A stretch of 64,000 bases of DNA. Origin: Coriobacteriia bacterium (GTDB lineage Bacteria > Actinomycetota > Coriobacteriia > Anaerosomatales > PALSA-660). The notes under the pieces were generated by a model that had not been told where the DNA came from, made no database searches, and saw only the letters and a list, made by a program, of their open reading frames with translations. Shown in pieces: positions 56,157-64,000 of the stretch (positions within the stretch are counted from its first letter, which is position 1; the number at the start of each line of letters is the position of its first letter). A program made the position numbers and the translations under genes. The DNA lies in the NCBI GenBank assembly GCA_030651905.1, contig JAUSBS010000082.1:4322-68321 (forward strand), read 5' to 3'.

Positions 56157-56984
56157 TTGCCCTCGCCCCTCGATATCGCCAGAGAAGCCGCCGTCGCCGG
56201 GGGCGAGGTGCTCATCCGACGAGCCGGCCACGTGGGCACGATCCGCACGAAATCGAGCGCCTCCGACCTGGTGACAGAGGTCGACATCGCGTCCGGTGTC
56301 GCGGTGGCCCGCGCGATAGCCGCGCATCAGCCCGATGCTCGGTTCGTCATCGAGGAGCCGGAGGTCTACGCACAGGCGGGCGTCGAGCAGGGAGTGCTGG
56401 ACGACGCAGAGGTATGGGTCATCGATCCTCTCGATGGGACCACCTCGTACGTACACGGCTTCCCGGCGTACTCAGTGTCCGTCGCGCTGCTCCGTGACGG
56501 GCGACCGGTCGCAGGAGCGGTCTTCAACGCGGCGTCGGGCGAGATGTCTGCTGCGGCCGACGGTGAAGGCGCGACGCTCGATGGCCGACCGATCCGCTGC
56601 TCCCAGGCCGCCTCGATCGCCGAGGCGCTGCTCATCACCGGGTTCCCCTACGACCGCACGGTGACCCTCGATCGCCAGCTTGCGGTCTTCACGCGGATGC
56701 TGCGAACCGTCCATGGCGTGCGCCGCGACGGATCGGGGGCCATCGACTGCTGCCACGTGGCTGCCGGACGTGCGGACGGCTTCTGGGAGTTCGCGCTCAA
56801 GCCATGGGACACGGCGGCCGGAGTCGTGATCCTGCGCGAAGCCGGCGCGGTCGTCACTGACATGACAGGAGCCCCGTGGACGCCCGGAACAGCGGATCAC
56901 GTCGCGGCGGGTCCGCGGCTGCACCCGATCCTGCTCGAAGCGATCGCCGCGGCATCTGCCGAAGGCTGGCCGCCGAGGAGCTGA
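56157..56984 (+). CDS. inositol monophosphatase family protein
   Basis: The TTG start lies 6 nt after GAAGGAG. The motifs WVIDPLDGTTSY and WDTAAG are present. Confidence 0.88.
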   Translation: MPSPLDIAREAAVAGGEVLIRRAGHVGTIRTKSSASDLVTEVDIASGVAVARAIAAHQPDARFVIEEPEVYAQAGVEQGVLDDAEVWVIDPLDGTTSYVHGFPAYSVSVALLRDGRPVAGAVFNAASGEMSAAADGEGATLDGRPIRCSQAASIAEALLITGFPYDRTVTLDRQLAVFTRMLRTVHGVRRDGSGAIDCCHVAAGRADGFWEFALKPWDTAAGVVILREAGAVVTDMTGAPWTPGTADHVAAGPRLHPILLEAIAAASAEGWPPRS

Positions 56985-56990
56985 TCGGCT

Positions 56991-58031
56991 CTAGAGGACC
57001 GAGCGAACGGCCGTCTCAATGGCCTCGATCAGAAGCGGATCATCGTTGGCCACGGGTGCTCTGGCGAACTCGATTCCCTGGCTGAGAGCCCTGTCCGCAG
57101 CCAGGATGTCGAGCGTCCACATCGTCTCGACCTCATCGAAGGCGAGACCTATCGGCAGCACGCAAACGGCCGAGAACCCATGAGAGATTGCCGCGTCGAT
57201 TACGGCGAACAGGTCGGGACCGACAGCGTCGGGGACCGGCTCCTCGCTCTGGTACGCCAGCAGCCACGGAGCGGTCTTGCCGAGACCGCCGAGCGCGCGG
57301 ACACCCAGCGCCGACTCGAGCCCGACCGCGTCGACTTCACCCAGCTCAAGCTCTTCAACCATCCGCACCACGGCGCTCTCGACGCGACGCACGTAGTCGC
57401 TCTCCTCGGCCTCGACGGCAGAGAGTGCCTCGGCAGTGAAGACGATCACTGGCTTGTGATCCGCCGCGAGTTCGCTGATGGTTCCGCTGTAGGCCAGTGA
57501 CAGCAGCTGAGTCAGGTGCTCGGAATGAGCGAAGTCGCCCCCGGGCACCGTCTCGATCCCGAGCGCCTTAGCCACCTGATTCACGGCCTCGCTGTTCGAG
57601 GCTGCGCGGAAGGGCGTCTCGAACGGGGCGAGATCCACGACGATCACCCGCCCCACGCCGTCGGCCTTGAACGCCTCCAGTGCGTCGACAATCGTCGGGC
57701 GAGCAGCGAGCATGCCGACCAGCACTCGAATGTCCACGGCGTCAGCAGTGCGTCCCGAGGGTGTCTCCACGAGGGCTGTGAGAGTATCCGACGGGCTCAC
57801 TTCGACTGGGTCGGGCGGAAGGTCGTTGAGTCGACGCTCCAATGCAGCGGCGACCCTCTCGGCGACGGCGGGTACCGGCGATATCCCCCCGATCGCCAGG
57901 TATCTGCGCTGGACAGCACCGAGCTCATCGGACGACGCCAGCGCCCCGTTCGCGATCTCAAGGAAGTCCGCGACCTCCCCGATGCCAGCAGGGCCGCCCG
58001 TTGTCACGATCAGAACCCCTGTGCGAGCCAT
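56991..58031 (-). CDS. ferrochelatase-fold protein with substituted catalytic residues
   Basis: It is collinear with my recollection of B. subtilis HemH/CpfC (YLAIGGISPVPAVAERV resembles YEAIGGISPLAQITEQQ). However, SAHSLP reads TAEALS and ADHLEV reads FDEVET. Confidence 0.65.
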   Translation of the reverse strand: MARTGVLIVTTGGPAGIGEVADFLEIANGALASSDELGAVQRRYLAIGGISPVPAVAERVAAALERRLNDLPPDPVEVSPSDTLTALVETPSGRTADAVDIRVLVGMLAARPTIVDALEAFKADGVGRVIVVDLAPFETPFRAASNSEAVNQVAKALGIETVPGGDFAHSEHLTQLLSLAYSGTISELAADHKPVIVFTAEALSAVEAEESDYVRRVESAVVRMVEELELGEVDAVGLESALGVRALGGLGKTAPWLLAYQSEEPVPDAVGPDLFAVIDAAISHGFSAVCVLPIGLAFDEVETMWTLDILAADRALSQGIEFARAPVANDDPLLIEAIETAVRSVL

Positions 58032-58138
58032 GTACGAGTACCTCCATCGCCTGTCGAGACGTGCGCTCCCAAGTCTACCAGAGGGCAGGAGCTTCTCTGC
58101 TAGGCGCGCAGGCGGCGCACCCGACGGCCGCCTCTGCA

Positions 58139-58174
58139 GGAAGACTCCGCACTCGACAGAGTGCGGAGTCTTCC
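58139..58174 (-). terminator. acs terminator hairpin
   Basis: GGAAGACTCCGCACTC-gaca-GAGTGCGGAGTCTTCC forms a perfect 16 bp stem 65 nt after the acs stop. Confidence 0.7.
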
Positions 58175-58238
58175 GAAGCCAGCGGCCAGAGGGTGCGGTG
58201 CCTGCGCGCCGGGCGAGAGCGCTTCCGCCAGCCTACGC

Positions 58239-60221
58239 CTAGATATCGGGCGCGGACTCCAAGATGGTCTTGACGATGGACGGATCGGCCAGCGTCGAGA
58301 TGTCGCCGAACGCATCCATGTCGCGGTCGCCCGCTGCGATCTTGCGCAGGATCCGGCGCATGATCTTGCCCGAACGGGTCTTCGGGAGTTCGGGCACGAT
58401 ATGGATGTGGTCGGGCGAGGCGATCGGACCGATCTCCTCGCGGACATGTCCTCGCAGGATCTTCTCGATACCAGCAGGTACGTCCACTCCCAGCTTCAAG
58501 ATGACGTAGGCGTAGATGCCTTCGCCCTTGATGTCGTGCGGGAAGCCCACTACCGCGGCTTCCGCCACGAGCGGGTGGCTGACCAGGGCGGACTCGACCT
58601 CGGCGGTGCCCATGCGGTGCCCGGACACGTTGATGACGTCGTCCACGCGGCCCATGAGCCAGTAGTAGCCATCCTGGTCGACGCGCGCGCCGTCGCCCGT
58701 GAAGTACTTGCCGGGGAATGCCGTGAAGTACACCGTCTTCATGAGCGCGTTCTCGGGGTCGCCCCACGTGCCGCGCATCATCCCGGGCCACGGCTTCGTG
58801 ATGCACAGACGGCCGCCCGAGTTGACCGGGGTCTCCGTCCTGTCCTCGTTGAGGACCTCGAGCGAGATGCCGAAGAACGGCTTCGTCGCGCTGCCCGGCT
58901 TCATCGGCGTCCAGCCGGGCTGGTTGGTGATGACGTGGCCGCCGGTCTCGGTCTGCCAGTACGTGTCGACGATGGGGATGCGCTCCCCGCCGATGACCTT
59001 GTAGTACCACAGCCACGCCTCGGGGTTGATCGGCTCGCCTACTGTTCCGAGTACGCGAAGGCTCGACAGGTCGAACTTCTTGGGCCACTCGTCCCCGGAC
59101 TTCATGATCGCGCGGATCGCGGTCGGCGCAGTGTAGAACTGGTTCACGCCGTGCTTCTCGACGACCTCCCAGAATCGACCGGGGTGCGGGTAGTTCGGCA
59201 CACCCTCGAACATGAGCGTGGTGGCCCCGACGCACAGCGGGCCGTAGACGATGTAGGAGTGTCCGGTGACCCAGCCGATGTCGGCGGTGCACCAGAACAC
59301 ATCCTCGTCGTGATAGTCGAAGTTGTACTTGAACGTCATCGCCGCGTAGAGCAGGTAGCCGCCCGTCGTGTGGAGCACGCCCTTCGGCTTGCCGGTCGAG
59401 CCCGACGTGTACAGGATGAAGAGCGGGTCCTCGGCGTCCATCCACTCGAGTTCACAGTGGCGACCGATGTCGGCGGCCCGGACCTCCTCGTGGTACCAGA
59501 AGTCGCGACCGGGCTCCATGTCGACCCGCGCACGAGCGCGTGAGACGACGATACAGGCCTCGATGGTCGGGCATTCGTACAGCGCGCTGTCGGCCTCGGC
59601 CTTGAGCGGTACGACACGACCTCCGCGCAGCCCTTCGTCGGCGGTGATCAGCATCTTCGCGCCGGAGTCTTGGATGCGGTCGCGCAACGCAGCGGCGGAG
59701 AACCCGCCGAACACGACAGAGTGGATCGCGCCGATGCGCGCGCAGGCGAGCATGGCGATCGGCAGCTCGGGGATCATCGGGAGGTAGATGGCAACGCGGT
59801 CGCCCTTGCGCACACCGCGCTTCTTGAGCACGTTGGCCATGCGGCAGACCTTGTAGTACAGCGACTGATACGTGTACATCTTGCTGCGACCCTCGTCGGA
59901 CTCCCAGATCAGCGCGGCCTTGTTGCGGCGCCACGTGTTGAGATGCCGGTCGACGCAGTTGTAGGCGACGTTGGTCTTGCCACCCTTGAACCACTCGATC
60001 TTCGGAGTGTCGAAGTCGTAGGAGAGGACCGTGTCCCACTTCTTGTGCCAGTACAGGTACTCCTCGGCCTGCTCGGCCCAGAAGCCCTCAGGGTCCTCGA
60101 TCGACCGCTTGTACATCGCGTCGTACTCGGCCTCTGACTTGAGGTATGACTTGTCGCGGACCCAGTCCGCCGGCTCGATCCGGCGACCCTCCTGCTGCAT
60201 CGACTCGATAGACTCGGACAT
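58239..60221 (-). CDS. acs: acetyl-CoA synthetase (acetate--CoA ligase)
   Basis: The start is at MSESIESM after AGGGAGG. It has the AMP-binding motif [11 protein letters not shown] and an Acs-type N-terminus ([19 protein letters not shown]). The C-terminal [11 protein letters not shown] contains the regulatory Lys. Confidence 0.95.
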   Translation of the reverse strand: MSESIESMQQEGRRIEPADWVRDKSYLKSEAEYDAMYKRSIEDPEGFWAEQAEEYLYWHKKWDTVLSYDFDTPKIEWFKGGKTNVAYNCVDRHLNTWRRNKAALIWESDEGRSKMYTYQSLYYKVCRMANVLKKRGVRKGDRVAIYLPMIPELPIAMLACARIGAIHSVVFGGFSAAALRDRIQDSGAKMLITADEGLRGGRVVPLKAEADSALYECPTIEACIVVSRARARVDMEPGRDFWYHEEVRAADIGRHCELEWMDAEDPLFILYTSGSTGKPKGVLHTTGGYLLYAAMTFKYNFDYHDEDVFWCTADIGWVTGHSYIVYGPLCVGATTLMFEGVPNYPHPGRFWEVVEKHGVNQFYTAPTAIRAIMKSGDEWPKKFDLSSLRVLGTVGEPINPEAWLWYYKVIGGERIPIVDTYWQTETGGHVITNQPGWTPMKPGSATKPFFGISLEVLNEDRTETPVNSGGRLCITKPWPGMMRGTWGDPENALMKTVYFTAFPGKYFTGDGARVDQDGYYWLMGRVDDVINVSGHRMGTAEVESALVSHPLVAEAAVVGFPHDIKGEGIYAYVILKLGVDVPAGIEKILRGHVREEIGPIASPDHIHIVPELPKTRSGKIMRRILRKIAAGDRDMDAFGDISTLADPSIVKTILESAPDI

Positions 60222-60269
60222 GCTCGCCTCCCTCTTGGACTCGACAGCGACCACCTCGCCTCACGGCGG

Positions 60270-60286
60270 CGTGACCAAGTATCACA
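60270..60286. promoter_or_regulatory. CRP-like site TGTGA-TACTTGG-TCACG (minus-strand reading) about 57 nt upstream of the acs start, with an extra overlapping TGTGA half site
   Basis: The site was read directly. It shares the half sites and 7-nt spacer of the palindrome at 43456. Confidence 0.3.
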
Positions 60287-60610
60287 GCGTCACAAGGCAT
60301 CCTCTAGGGCTCGCGGGGGCGGGCGGCGTGTTTCGTCGGTATGCGGCATGCGCCGGTGCGCCCACGGAGTCCATCCCTCCGCTCGCCGGACAGGGCCTCC
60401 TGACTCGTTGCGGAGTCGGCACGGTATGCGCTAGTGTGTCGCCATTGACAAGTTTCCCTTCCCTTGCGTTTCGTCCTCGGGGGATCCGAGGACGGGAAAC
60501 ATACGGCGCGGCAGGCGCGAGAGCCGGCACTCTCAGCGACGCAGCGTCGGGCGGCTCCGCTTCAAGCGGCCCCGCCAGAGACTCAGGGGTATTTAGGGAA
60601 GGAATGCGGC

Positions 60611-60634
60611 GAGCCCGGCCCGAAGGCCGGGCTC
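60611..60634 (-). terminator. degV terminator hairpin
   Basis: GAGCCCGGCC-cgaa-GGCCGGGCTC forms a perfect 10 bp stem about 50 nt after the degV stop. Confidence 0.6.
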
Positions 60635-60686
60635 GTCCCTATTCACGGCCACTTGTGCGCAGCCGGGCTCGTCGATCGTGGTCGCG

Positions 60687-61541
60687 TCAGTCCTGGGGAA
60701 CGACCGCGACACCCCAGCCGGTTCCCGTGTGTGTCGCTATGACGACGCCGACCTCCACGACCTGCATCTCGACGACCTCGAACGCCGCCTCGAGATGCTC
60801 ACGGAGCCAGACCGCCTTGTCCTCAGACAGTGCATGCATGATGCACACGGTGGCACGCGTGCGCTCGCCGAGCTGTGCGCGCGCCCAATCGACCGTGTGC
60901 TGAAGCGCCGCTGATGTCCCCCGCGTCCGCGCAACGGGCTGGAACGCCCCTTCGGAGTCGACGGTGAACGTGACCTTCAGATTCAGGAGACCACCGACGA
61001 AGGCAGAGACCGCACCGATGCGGCCGCCCTTCGCGAGGTTGTCGAGCTTGTCGACCCCGACGATCATGCGCACCCGCTCGCGGGCCGACTCGGCGACCTT
61101 GAGGACTTCCTCAGTGCGCGCGCCCGCCATCGCTGCCCGCGCCGCGGCGACCACCTGCAGCCCGAGTCCCCCTGAGAGGTTGCGCGAGTCGAACACGTGG
61201 ACCCTGCCGCCGAACTGCTCCGCCGCCTGGCGGGCGGTCTCGATCGTCCCGGACAGCTTCTCGGAGATGTGGATCGCCACGACCTCCGACGCCGCCTCCA
61301 GCGCCTTCGCATAGTACTCGGCGAAGACCCCGACGGACGGCTGGCTCGTCGTGGGGAGCTTCGGCGCGGCGTTCATCTTCGCGAAGAACTCGGCCTGGCT
61401 GAGGTCGCCGTCCTGGAACACCTCCGAACCGAACATCACGTTGAGCGGGACGACGGTGATCCCGTGTTCCTCAGCAAGCGAGCGAGGGAGATCGGACGTG
61501 CTGTCGGTAACGATCGCGACACTGCGTGCTGTTGTCCCCAT
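60687..61541 (-). CDS. DegV-family fatty-acid-binding protein
   Basis: The start is at MGTTARSVAIVTDSTSDLP. The motifs TSQPS and HISEKLSGT are present. Confidence 0.88.
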   Translation of the reverse strand: MGTTARSVAIVTDSTSDLPRSLAEEHGITVVPLNVMFGSEVFQDGDLSQAEFFAKMNAAPKLPTTSQPSVGVFAEYYAKALEAASEVVAIHISEKLSGTIETARQAAEQFGGRVHVFDSRNLSGGLGLQVVAAARAAMAGARTEEVLKVAESARERVRMIVGVDKLDNLAKGGRIGAVSAFVGGLLNLKVTFTVDSEGAFQPVARTRGTSAALQHTVDWARAQLGERTRATVCIMHALSEDKAVWLREHLEAAFEVVEMQVVEVGVVIATHTGTGWGVAVVPQD

Positions 61542-61551
61542 GTTCGCCGCC

Positions 61552-61899
61552 TCATTCAAAGTGGACCATGCCGTGTGACATCGCCCCGCCGCCGAGTATG
61601 TGCACGTGCAGGTGAGCGACACTTTGCGATGCGTCGCGACCGCTGTTGACGATGACGCGGTAGCCCGACTGGTCGACGCCCTTGAGGGCCGCGACCTTGG
61701 GAACTGCGGAGAAGAGAGCTGTCAGGACGTCGACCGGGACGTCGGCGCTCATGTTGTCGAAGTGCGTCTTGGGGATCACGAGTGTGTGCACGGGCGCCTG
61801 CGGAGTGATGTCGTCGAATGCGAGGACCGTATCGTCCTCGTAGATGACGCGAGCATCGAGCTCATGGCCGGCGATCATGCAGAAGATGCAGTTCTCCAC
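61552..61899 (-). CDS. HIT-family (histidine triad) protein
   Basis: The GTG start at 61899 follows GGAG. The sequence CIFCMI...VAHLHVHILGG is characteristic. Confidence 0.85.
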   Translation of the reverse strand: MENCIFCMIAGHELDARVIYEDDTVLAFDDITPQAPVHTLVIPKTHFDNMSADVPVDVLTALFSAVPKVAALKGVDQSGYRVIVNSGRDASQSVAHLHVHILGGGAMSHGMVHFE

Positions 61900-61954
61900 G
61901 GTGTCGTCTCCAAGTCCTCGTGGACCGGCGCGCACGCCGGACCGAACGCGGCTA

Positions 61955-62182
61955 CTACTCGGGCTCGCCCGCCTCAAGCTCCCCCATCAGCATCGTGACG
62001 CGCTGTTCCGCTTCACCGAGCTTCGCCTGGCACGCACGAAGCAGTGCGACGCCGCGCTCATAGCGCGCGAGACTGTCCTCGAGATCGAGCTGACCTCCCT
62101 CGAGAGCGGCGACGATGGTCTCGAGTTCGGCGAGCGCCTCCGAGAATCGGAGTTCCTCGACGGGACCCGTGCTGTCGCTCAT
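61955..62182 (-). CDS. xseB: exodeoxyribonuclease VII small subunit
   Basis: The sequence FSEALAELETIVAALEGGQLDLEDSLARYERGVAL is typical of XseB. The ATG overlaps the xseA stop (ATGA). Confidence 0.9.
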   Translation of the reverse strand: MSDSTGPVEELRFSEALAELETIVAALEGGQLDLEDSLARYERGVALLRACQAKLGEAEQRVTMLMGELEAGEPE

Positions 62183-63456
62183 CGTCCACCTTCCACATCG
62201 ACGCTCTCGACGAGACATCCCGCGAGGCCTTGGTGAAGACGCACCCGCACCCTATCACCCGGCGAGACATCCCCCGCGGATCGCACCACTCGCCGACCGG
62301 ACTCGTCATAGCATACGGCGTAACCGCGAGCGAGGATACCGAGTGGAGAGAGGTCCTCGAGCCTCGCCGCAAGCAGCCTCGCCCGTTCCTGCTGGCGGGC
62401 CGTCACCGTCGAAGCGGCTCGCGGAAGCTCCCTGCTCGCCAGCTGGAGCCGCTCTCGATCCCGGGCCACACGCAGGGGAAGCGCGCGGGCCAGCCCGGCG
62501 GCCGCGGAGTCGGCTCTCTGGGCGGGCGCGAGCAGAAGCGTGCGCGGGTCCGCCAACACGGGCCGAGACTCGAGCGCGGCGAGTCGGCGGGCTGTCCGTT
62601 GTGCAGCGTGGCGAAGACCTCGTGCGAGCAGGTCGCCGGCCGACCGGAAGCGGGCGGTCACCTCCTCGGATGACGGCGCGACGGTCTCGGCCGCCGCCGT
62701 CGGCGTCGATGCACGGACGTCCGCTACCATATCCGCTATGGACGTGTCGGGCTCGTGCCCGATACCGGTGACGACCGGGACCGGGCATGCGGCGACCGCA
62801 CGCGCCACACCCTCGTCGTTGAAGGGCATCAGGTCCTCGTAGCTGCCGCCGCCGCGAGCAAGGATGACGACGTCCACGCCGGCGGCGCCGATGGCCGTGA
62901 GTCCCTCGACTATGTGGCCGGCAGCTCCGGCCCCCTCGACAGGGACGCCCGCGATCACGAGCTCGGCTGCGGGGTAGCGCCGGCGCAGGGTCAGGATGAC
63001 GTCGTGCACGGCCTTGCCGCGCGGTGAGGTGACCAATCCTATGCGCTGCGGGAACTCGGGAAGCACGCGCTTCCGCTCAGGACGCAGGAGCCCTTCGGCC
63101 TCGAGCTTGCGGGCCACCGCGGCGACCTGGAGGCGCAGGAACCCCTCGCCCGCCGCGGCGATCGTCCGGGCCTGGAACTGCATCCGTCCCTTCGGCGCGT
63201 ACACCGTCATCCCACCGGTCACCTCGACGAGCATCCCGCAGCGCAGCTGGACGCCCGAGACCTCGTAGGCGTCCCGCCAGATCAGGCACGGCATGACCGA
63301 GGAGCCGTCGGCAAGCGTGAAGTAGACCGCCTTGTAGCCGGGGCGGTCCGTGAACTCCGAGATCTCGCCGACCACGCGCAGCGTCAGCGACTCGAGTGCT
63401 CGCTTCGCCATGCCCATCGCCTCTGAGACACTCAGGGCGCGCGGTCCGTCGGTCAC
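62179..63456 (-). CDS. xseA: exodeoxyribonuclease VII large subunit
   Basis: The GTG start at 63456 follows GGAGAGGAG and overlaps the recQ stop (GTGA). It has an OB-fold N-terminus and the GLVTSPRGKAVHD and IILARGGGSYEDLMPFN motifs. Confidence 0.9.
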   Translation of the reverse strand: MTDGPRALSVSEAMGMAKRALESLTLRVVGEISEFTDRPGYKAVYFTLADGSSVMPCLIWRDAYEVSGVQLRCGMLVEVTGGMTVYAPKGRMQFQARTIAAAGEGFLRLQVAAVARKLEAEGLLRPERKRVLPEFPQRIGLVTSPRGKAVHDVILTLRRRYPAAELVIAGVPVEGAGAAGHIVEGLTAIGAAGVDVVILARGGGSYEDLMPFNDEGVARAVAACPVPVVTGIGHEPDTSIADMVADVRASTPTAAAETVAPSSEEVTARFRSAGDLLARGLRHAAQRTARRLAALESRPVLADPRTLLLAPAQRADSAAAGLARALPLRVARDRERLQLASRELPRAASTVTARQQERARLLAARLEDLSPLGILARGYAVCYDESGRRVVRSAGDVSPGDRVRVRLHQGLAGCLVESVDVEGGR

Positions 63457-64000
63457 GAGATGCTCCTCTCCGGTCTGTCGTCCCATTCTATCAGCCGCAG
63501 CGGGAGCTCCTGGCTCGCCAGCATCTGCTCCGCGCTGCGTCCCCCACAAGCGTCACACGCTCCACGGCACGGGCCGGAGTCCTCGCCGAAGTGAGCGCAC
63601 AGGCAGCGATGGCGACACGTCTCCCCGCGCGCGAACCGGTAGAGATCGAGCAGCCGCCCACGGACGTCGACCCGGCGTTCGCCCGCCAGTCCCGATGTCA
63701 TGGCGAGACGGCGTCGCACATCCGACCATGAGTACAGCAAGAGGCAGTCGGAGGACCTGCCATCGCGACCCGCCCGACCGATCTCCTGTGCATAGGCCTC
63801 GACGCTGCCGGGCAAGTCGGCGTGGACCACGTAGCGGACGTCGGCCTTGTCGATGCCCATGCCGAACGCCACGGTGGCGACGACCGTGGCCACCTCCCCC
63901 GACGAGAAGGCGGCCTGTACCTGTTCCCTGACGCCCGGATCCATCCCCGCGTGGTACGGCGCGGCGGTCCTGCCGTGCGCGCGCAGGTACGTCGCGAGTG
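63453..64000 (-). CDS. recQ: RecQ-family DNA helicase, C-terminal part (5' end beyond window)
   Basis: Helicase motifs V-VI (VATVAFGMGIDKADVRYVVH, QEIGRAGRDG) and the Zn-binding Cys cluster (CRHRCLCAHFGE...CDACG) are present. The reading frame continues to the window edge. Confidence 0.85.
   Translation of the reverse strand, partial: LATYLRAHGRTAAPYHAGMDPGVREQVQAAFSSGEVATVVATVAFGMGIDKADVRYVVHADLPGSVEAYAQEIGRAGRDGRSSDCLLLYSWSDVRRRLAMTSGLAGERRVDVRGRLLDLYRFARGETCRHRCLCAHFGEDSGPCRGACDACGGRSAEQMLASQELPLRLIEWDDRPERSIS

Noticed and set aside
60445-60640. A plus-strand small RNA gene (TTGACA promoter to the 60611 hairpin).
   Set aside because: There is no convincing -10 element at the right spacing and no match to an RNA family I can recognise. 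The hairpins are adequately explained as the degV terminator and acs leader elements. It is retained only as a low-interest note.

Overview
This is a 64 kb, visibly GC-rich segment (about two-thirds G+C by eye, not computed) that is almost entirely coding. I found no rRNA, CRISPR array, transposase, integrase or prophage signal. It looks like core chromosome of an anaerobic high-GC Gram-positive bacterium (Actinomycetota, Coriobacteriia-like); that assignment is inferred from gene content only.

Gene layout:
- 1-20.1 kb, all minus strand: EamA transporter, rsfS, LCP/LytR_C protein, yqeK, nadD, proA, proB, obg, rpmA, rplU, RNase E/G, the TIGR03936/TIGR03960 radical-SAM pair, a DUF697-like protein, rodA, mrdA, mreD, mreC, mreB, radC.
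- 20.1-30.7 kb, minus strand: a Gx-transporter/NusG-II pair, rnfCDGEAB, a group-3b (sulfhydrogenase-type) NiFe hydrogenase hydBGDA, and ndk.
- 30.7-47.8 kb, mixed housekeeping genes: TPR protein, cyclophilin lipoprotein, EF-G2, flavin reductase, tRNA-Arg(CCG), lipid kinase, plsY, ferredoxin, a tight OsmC/GT2/PIG-L/BshC-like operon, a receiver-PilT fusion, an RlmD-like methyltransferase and a Crp/Fnr regulator.
- 48.5-54.1 kb, plus strand: a membrane-bound group-1 hydrogenase operon (Tat small subunit, large subunit, cytochrome b, HemN/HemW-like radical SAM, maturation protease).
- 54.1-64 kb: tkt, an IMPase, a divergent ferrochelatase-like gene, acs, degV, HIT, xseBA and recQ (partial).

Most notable observations:
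1. The group-1 large subunit has an in-frame UGA exactly at the first Cys of the C-terminal DPCxxC nickel motif, followed by a SECIS-like hairpin. It is therefore probably a selenocysteine [NiFeSe] hydrogenase that ORF callers truncate.
2. The translationally coupled OsmC-GT2-PIG-L deacetylase-BshC-like operon looks like an undescribed low-molecular-weight thiol or aminosugar-conjugate pathway.
3. An orphan PilT ATPase is fused to an atypical receiver domain.

Many longest-ORF starts in the supplied track are over-extended. True starts are often GTG codons overlapping the upstream stop as GTGA. Coordinates of hairpins and repeats were anchored to ORF-track frames where possible, but may be off by 1-2 nt.
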